Both the position numbers and the translations under genes were made by a program. 60,000 nucleotides of DNA from Botryllus schlosseri (taxonomy: Eukaryota), in NCBI GenBank assembly GCA_051294905.1, contig CM119372.1, positions 36,892,001-36,952,000 of the forward strand, in the 5' to 3' direction. A model generated the notes under the pieces. That model did no database searches. It saw only the letters and a program-made list of their open reading frames with translations, and was not told where the DNA came from. Below, piece by piece: positions 52,626 through 60,000 of this stretch (position 1 is its first letter; every line of letters starts with the position of its first letter).

Positions 52626-54168
52626 CAGTGGTTCTTAACCTTTTTTCTTCCAGCGCCCCCTTTCAAAAATTATCGTGCTCCAGCGCCCCCCCCTAACTTC
52701 ATATTGTAAGGAATGTAATAAAGACAATGAGTAAGAGGGAGGGCCGTAACAGCACTTCGTTAACCCCCCTAAAAACGATTGCCTTGCGCACCCATAGCGT
52801 GATAAACCGAACTTCTGAGGGCTTCGCCCCCACGAACCCCATATCGTGATTTTGATGGTCAGCAAAGTTTGTGTGGCCTGGTCGCCCAAAGTACCCTAAT
52901 TTTCCATAATGCATGAATGAATAGGTGGTAATTATATATATAAGTCGCTATATAAACTTTTTATCCTCTCAGCCCACGTAATCAGATTTACCAGTAGCAC
53001 TGAGTGAGCTGTTGTATAGGAAAATAAAGGGCACGTAATTAATAATTAAACATATTCGGGCGTGCCCGCAGGTACAATTATTCGTTACCAGGGCCGTAAC
53101 AGCACTTCGTCAGCCCCCCCCAAACTAAAAACGTTGGTCCTGGGCCCCCATCGGTGATAAACCAAACTTCCGGGGGACTTCACTCCCAGACCCCCATTAG
53201 GCTGTCCGCTATTTGCTAATAGCCTATTAGGTATCTACATTGGGTGTCCATTAACTGTGGCAGCTATTCTCGCCTATTCGCGTGAAGTGCGAAAAAATTC
53301 ACTAATTAATGATTGAATTGGTCAATATCATCGGGAATTGCATGTAAATTTAGATCAATTTTTATCCTCTCTCTGCTCACGTAAACACATTTACCGGTAG
53401 AGCTGAGTGAGGTGCAATGTTCCCTCTAAGCTGCGCACTTGCGCAGTACTGACACGGTCTCTGCACACAGAAAATCTACGTCGCGCACAACAAATCCGGA
53501 GTTATTACCTTTTTTTAGTCGTTACGCACTGTTGTCCAAGGGTCAGCGCAGTGAGTTGTTGAGTGTGCGCATATTATTCAAAACTTAAAGCGAACATTGT
53601 GAGGTTTCTTGGAAACTGTAGGGCCCGGTACTAATAATTAAACATATTCGGGCGGGCGAACCCGTTGGTATGACTTCGTTGCATGATGTTATTTCGTGAC
53701 CCCCTGTCCGCAATATCAAAAAATATAGAATCGCTCAACGGGGATATCGCCCAACAGGAATAGCCCTGTCGACCAATCGTACTAAACTAAAAGACGCACA
53801 CGATTTCAGGTTGATATTTCTTTACTGACATATAATTTTTCCCTGCCAGATGGAATTCGTCTTCTGGGGTTCTGATTGCCAAGATAGGAACATTCGGTGT
53901 CAGTCATTTAGGCGCCCATGGACAATTAAACCTATATGTATTTTGAAGGCTATATGTAACGACGTTTTCGGTGTTAATTTGCTCTGAATACTCATTAAGG
54001 ATATGTCCTATCACCACATCATCTACTGCGAAGCCATTTTTCTCCAGCGCCCCCCATACCGCCCCCCTGAGCCCAGCGCCCCCCATATCGCCCCCTGAGC
54101 GTTTCCGCCCCCCTTCAAGATCGCCAGCGCCCCCTGGGGGGCGCTGGTGGCAAGGTTAAGAACCAATG
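52626..54168. mobile_element. Charlie-like hAT element splitting the hATm ORF; contains a small MITE at 53415-53599
   Basis: CAGTGGTTCTTAACC ... GGTTAAGAACCAATG; perfect TSD GGCTACAT. Confidence 0.88.
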
Positions 54169-57100
54169 GGCTACATCATCCACCACCACATTACATAGTT
54201 CATGAGTAGAGGTTGACTGAGGACAATGTTCTTTCAGATACAGAAAGTATCTCACTACTTCCCGTATAGTAGGTATTCTCGAGCCACAGATGTAATCGCA
54301 AGTTAATCCGACCAAGTACGGTACTGCTCCGATTTAGATCTTGATCTTCCGTTCTTCGCTGCGTCATGTGTACAATCTTACGCCGCTTTGCCTCAGCCAT
54401 GACTGCCATATTGTTTCTCCAAAGCATACACTACCGCTATCGATTCTAAAGCATTCGGAGAACACGTGTTACTGTACTACTAATGACTCATCAACCCACA
54501 ACGCGCTTGTCCAGAACCACAGCCGCTACTAACAGACTCGACCTCAGCAAAGCAGACGTTCAATTTAGTAATGCGAAGCACCCAAATCCGAGTCAGCTGT
54601 TGCAGCCGTGCTTCGTGATTGCCCGCCTTTTCGCAATTCTGCTGTCGGTGGCCCGCCCACTCTTCACTAACGACTTTCAAACGCATTTAGACAAATGCTA
54701 CCGGATTTCCTGCGAGCTTCTTTCAGGCCCATTATTGTTTTATTAACAATAACCTACAGAATAAGCCACGGATACGCAGTATTCCAAACATTTTCCAAAT
54801 TTTGAACAACCCTACTGTGTAGGCTACTATACTAAAATTGGTACTAGGGCTAACAATTTCCGTATGACAGACCCCAGTCTCGCGAACGAGTTTGAATCAG
54901 ATCAAATCACCACGAGAATGATAATCAGTAGACAGTAACATCAAGTTCCACGTATACATTGGCTGCAGCGATTTTGAAGCTACTCAATTTTGCCAATAGC
55001 CTGGTAAACTGCAGTAACGAGTAACGGTCAGTAATTTTGCGAATAAATTCTGGTAACTTGACTTTACAGCTAAATTAAAGAAATATTACATATCAAAATG
55101 TAAAATTACAACTACGCACAATTGGCTGCGACCGGTAATTCGTTGTAAAAATTACAAAGATTTCCCAGTAAATCTACCAGATTTTCTGCAGTGTAGAACT
55201 ATAGAACAAGAACTATCTACGTTCAAATATCTGCAATTATATAACTAACAACTAAACAGATTCCATTCCAAAGCAAACAATTCGATTTACTAAACCGCAA
55301 ATAAGATAAATTGTAAATAATCCGGATTTAGATTTGAAAATGTTCCAAGACCCATCTCTAAATTAGGGATGATGACTAATAAGAAAAAAGTCTGCACCTT
55401 CCCTATCGGAATGGACAGCACTCGTCAACCTCCGTCTATCGTCTGTCAAGACTGCAACAACGTATATCGGTCTTTTGGAACGATTCCTATTTATTATCAA
55501 ATTGAAGTAGTGCTACTTGACATTCTGCGTCACTTAGAAGTCAAATAGCAATTCCTAAGCTTTTCGGTCGCGCTGAGCGTGTGAGTATATACTGTTGGCA
55601 CGTGGAACTACAGTAAAATAGCTTGTAAACAGTTTGTTGTGACGTGATACAAGGTCTTGGCGCTTGTAAATGCCAAAACAAACGATACAAACGAAATGCA
55701 GGTTGCAAAAAAAGTTTTAACTTTGAAAACACCCCTAACCCCCTATTGAAGGGGGTCCGAGGGGGTCAGCGTCCGAGATGATGGTATTGGTCAATGAGCA
55801 AGGTAGCACAACAAAGTGCTTGGTTCGCCTCCCAAACGTTTCTTCTCTCGACATTGTGAGGAGAAGAATATTATTCGAGTTGGCGTGGTAAGTTAAATCC
55901 ACGACTTTCGGCGCGAAAGACCCTACCCGACTCTCGGCGATAGCACGTTTATTTGGGCTAGGCAATGTTACCTCGACTCAGCAGACTCACCACCGTTAAA
56001 TCACATGGATGCCATCATGAACATTATTAATTACGATCAAAACCTTATGAATATCACTTTCTAGCACGATACATTTGCATACTTTATACTTTGGGGGTGA
56101 TTTCAATTTTTGAAAGTCCACCGGTCCGCCAAGTATGTTTTGAAAAGGTTGAGAACCACTGCTCTAGTCGACGGTCTTCAGTAAAACTACACCCACACAG
56201 ACACAGATGCCAGCTGCAAGGATTGTTAGAATGTTCTTTATTTAACGTCCCATTCAAATATAATCTTTCTCATATGAACTACTTAGAATATCACGATTTC
56301 CGAGACACAACCTTCAGAACACCCAATATCAATATTAGCATGGCTGTCACTCCGGCAACACTCGACATAATGTCACCGGTACTGTCGGAGTGCTGGCCAG
56401 ATCCTTCTTCTGTCGCTAAACAGACCGGTTGCTTTTCTACGTAATCATCTCCTCGTGGAACCACAAATTCAGTGAAGAAATTCTGGAATTAAGCACACAT
56501 ATTCATTGAAAACGATAGGCATGAAATATTAACACGCATATCAATAATATCATGATGGCAAGGCATGCTTGTATATTGAAAGTTTGGTCGTTGTGGCTTA
56601 GCATCGGTTTCCATGACGTTATTCATTCTGTCGAATTTCGTTATCAACATAATCCTAATTTCTTTCAGTTGTGAAATGCGACTCAAGGGCTACGGGTAAC
56701 CTGGATATAACATGGAAGATTATGTTACCTATTCATTGTGAGTAAAATTGACAAATAGGCGATGGAGAGAGAGCTGGAGACTTTATACGCTCCAACAGCA
56801 AACGTACTAATGTATAGATCAGACCTGGGCAACGTGCGGCCCACGAGCCATATACGGCCCGCGACGCCATTTAGAGCGGCCCGCGAACGAATTCCGAACA
56901 ACTTGTTGTCAATGTTAATCCTTGGATTGTACAACCTAGGCTGTTTAAACTGAACCGGACATTTGTTCACTATGAAGCCTGTTTATTTATGTGCTGTGAT
57001 TACTTAGCCTACGTACGTCGTAAGAGTAATCCAGATTCGAAAAAAGCCAATGTTACAAAGTGTAACTATTAATGTCACTAGAAGTCACTGTTCCCGTTTA

Positions 57101-57669
57101 GGTAAGTTCAAACCTTCCTTATTGCCATTGTCACATTTACACGCGCGATGCTTCAAATTGCTACGTGATACGTTTCCAAATCTCTAATTCGTAAAACAAG
57201 TCTATTGATTACCAGTCATCATTAGTTTGTGGCGAACATGCCATCGTTGAGAATAATTTAAGTAGGTATTAAGGAAAAAACTCGTAGACTGACACTCGGC
57301 TAAGCGAGGGCAAACTTCGGAAGCACTGTTAGTTTCCACCAACCGCAAAAATACTATTTCACCAATCTGCATACTGCTCGGGAGGCAGCGACCAAGACGA
57401 CAAGCTTTGTAGTATCCTGAATGAATTTTAATGTTTCAATAGATGAATTGAACGTGCCTGCGGATTAGACAGAGTTAAAATGAATCAGATTCACCAATGT
57501 TGAATTATGACGACGAATAGTGTTAATTACCGTCACCGTATTGACAATGAAATGCATCAACAATGTAATTCAGTGCTTTCAAAATAGAAATAAAATTAAT
57601 ACGTCGCAGAATACAGTTAAAGAATTCGACTCGGCCAACTAATTCTCAGATTTTGATTTGGCCCATAGG

Positions 57670-59020
57670 CAGACCGTGTTATTTTTGGCATATGCCAAAA
57701 CTGCCAAAAATAACTTATTTTTGGCATTTTTCCATTTTTATTTTTGGCAGTTTTGGCATCGTCCTCTAAATAGATAGTTTCAGCCTCGAATTAGTCACAA
57801 CAACGCTTTATTTGGGCTAGTTTGTCAAAAGACACCACAAAATGTGCAGCATCCACGTATAATCAGTGCCAACACACAATAAGAAGAAGAAAGAACCTAA
57901 CGATTTCATAGGTTAATAATACCAAACGAAACCACAAAATGTGCAGTATCGATCGGACTCGGTGCCAATAAGCAAAAAAAAAAAGAAAGAAAAGCCTAAC
58001 AAACACGCTCAACAGCTCTAACAATCAGATTATTTAAATCGTTTGCACTGTAACAGTGCTTCCAAATTCAGGTCAGCTAAGTTTCTCCTAAATTCATTTC
58101 TCGTCCAGCGAATCTGGGGAGTATCGGCTTCAACAGTAGCCGTTGAGGGAAAGAAGGTTGCCAGTCATCCACAAAAGGTTTTCAGAGCTTCAGAATCGTT
58201 GGAGGGCCGAACCGGCTTCCATGCATCATGAAAAGACATCACTTCGCCAGTGCCATCGATCTCATCGCGGAATGAATTTTCTTCCCGATCCTTTTCCAGG
58301 AGTTTCCTGTGTTGTCTCTCAACACATTCTATTTAGTAGCCCGACTATCATTTCTCCTTCAGTCTGCCGATATATTTTCGGAGGACTTTTCTCACTTCAG
58401 GTGGCTTTAAAATTACCAACTCGCATGGACGAGTCCTGGGAAGGTTAGCTTGTATAAAAACATTGACGCAACAAGACTCTGGCAAAACGAAACTATGCAG
58501 CTCAGAAATTGCCAGACAGTTTGTTGCGTCACAATGTTCAACTCGATCACAATGCAAAAATCGTGGTTGATTTTGGGGGTTTCAGCTCCATGAGCAGAAT
58601 ATAATTTATATTTTAATAATCAGTACTGCGGCAGCTTCTCATTGATACCCGTTTTATCAAATTTAGTGCTTGACAAGCCGGTCAAAAATGGTCGAAAAAT
58701 TGCCTTTGGACAAATGGAAAGTATGACGTAAACCAAATGCAGTCAGCCGTTCAATCACGCTGTGCCCACACCATTTTGGACACCATGCTTTAACCCCTAA
58801 TGGGTGGGCTGGACCCAGATTATGAAACCTGCCTTTCACAAACGCTATTCTCGCTTGTAACGCGGTCCTGTTAACACAACACCATGAACGAAACACACTA
58901 TTTGGCAGGCCGTGTTATTTTTGGCATATGCCAAAAATTGCTTATTTTTGGCATTTTTAAATTTTTATTTTTGGCAGTTTTGGCATCTGGCTCCTGAAAT
59001 GCCAAAAATAACACGGCCTG
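57670..59020. mobile_element. Composite TTGGCA-rich MITE unit (partial copy, 1.1 kb cargo, full copy 58906-59020)
   Basis: Perfect TSD CCCATAGG (57662-57669, 59021-59028) flanks the whole unit; TIR CAGnCCGTGTTATTTTTGGCAT. Confidence 0.8.
58030..58460 (-). pseudogene. Fossil C-terminus of a hAT-like transposase
   Basis: Single frame with 4 internal stops: LPRTRPCELVIL..IECVERQHRKLL..SFHDAW..LKTFCG*LATFFPSTATVEAD..IRWTRNEFRRNLADLNLEALLQCKRF*. Confidence 0.65.
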
Positions 59021-60000
59021 CCCATAGGGGAAAATACTTTCCCACCCCTGGTATACATGGTCATCGCACCATTCGCGGTCAAGCCAAGTCATTTATTGAT
59101 AATAAATCAACGCTACGGGTGGAAAAAAATCCATAGCAAAGCTGCAACTACATGAAAGTCGGAGATGGTGGTCAACTGTACAGTGTACACACAGGTAAAT
59201 GATGCACATCTTTCCAATTTCCGAAAAATTTTCCGGAAATGACGGTGGGAAACAGTGGCGTCGTGGTATGGGCGTCATGGTAAAAATACTTGGGTGATTG
59301 CTTCTCCTTGATAACGAATAAGTTGCTGTGGACTAGTACCGTTTACTGTAAATAAAAATTCTGCACACCTATAGCCCCAAAGATGGCACAAGTAAAAACA
59401 CCCCGTGGCCCGTTAACCTTTGGATTTTTTTTTCGCGGTTTCTTTGCATAGTAGCATGCGACATTAGAGAATGTGGATTGAAGTATTGGGCTAAAGTACC
59501 GTTAGGACATGATTTTGTGTTCCGTTAGGTTAGGAGTGAGGGGTAATTTCGGGATTTGGGATGAATTTGAGTTCGATTTGTAGCAATGGATCCTCCTCGC
59601 CCTCTCATCCGCCAAAGAGGTGTCTCACAAAGAGCCTAGAAGTGGGCAGTGGTATTCTACAAGTCGGCAGATACGGAATCACAAGTAAGGAATATCGGCC
59701 TGGTGTAAATGACGATAGTAATCGACAAACAACATGAATACCACAAACAAACTAGATTTGTAGCAATAGATCATATACTCATGTGTCGCTTTTCATTTTG
59801 ACCGGTGATCAAATGTTGGGAACCGTTTGGCATATGCGTCACAAAACGCCCTATGGGGCTAACTAACTTATAAGATAAAAACGCAGTTACATATACCTCC
59901 ATATAATCTCTTTTGTCAATGCAAGAAGTGTAAAGTGTCATGTTGTCCGTGAAGTCTTGCGCAAATTTTCTCTTTTCATCCGTCCAGACAACCTGATGAA

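Larger units (their letters stand above)
50584..54814 (-). mobile_element. hATm-group DNA transposon with decayed, internally deleted transposase and nested MITEs
   Basis: About 140-bp near-perfect TIRs TAGGGTTGTTCAAAATTTGG..; TSD CTGTGTAC/CTGTGTAG. Minus-strand remnants: ICGSRIPTIREVVRYFLY (about 54300-54177), VWKMARIATMQK..LQNLHERW (about 52615-52530), WYIVEETAVYALFS..FIGPQSW..KV/NDAAERGLKL (about 51775-51400). Confidence 0.85.
56820..59050. mobile_element. Charlie-like hAT element with nested composite MITE
   Basis: CAGACCTGGGCAA ... TTTCCCACCCCTG; TSD GTATAGAT/GTATACAT; GGCCCGCG subterminal motifs. Confidence 0.75.

Overview
Eukaryotic, intron-rich animal DNA, not prokaryotic; the short 55-67 nt introns and repeat types suggest a marine invertebrate such as an ascidian (inference only). 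The window holds two tandem minus-strand paralogues of a DBH-like (MOXD1-type) copper type II monooxygenase. One is complete: 20 exons, 33283->18017, about 769 aa, with two DOMON domains from an internal exon-cassette duplication, all copper-ligand motifs, one GC-AG intron and no hydrophobic C-terminal tail. The other shows its first five exons (8974->2789) and runs off the left edge. The rest is dominated by nested transposons: a near-intact 5.4 kb hAT with 8-bp TSD, a fragmented hATm, many hAT MITEs, RTE and CR1/L2 LINE fragments, tRNA-derived SINEs and an unclassified TIR element with GGCCGGCC palindrome arrays. A composite MITE carries a fossil transposase of an unusual family. I found no new system that the sequence alone proves; the double-DOMON monooxygenase pair and the fossil transposase are the best leads.
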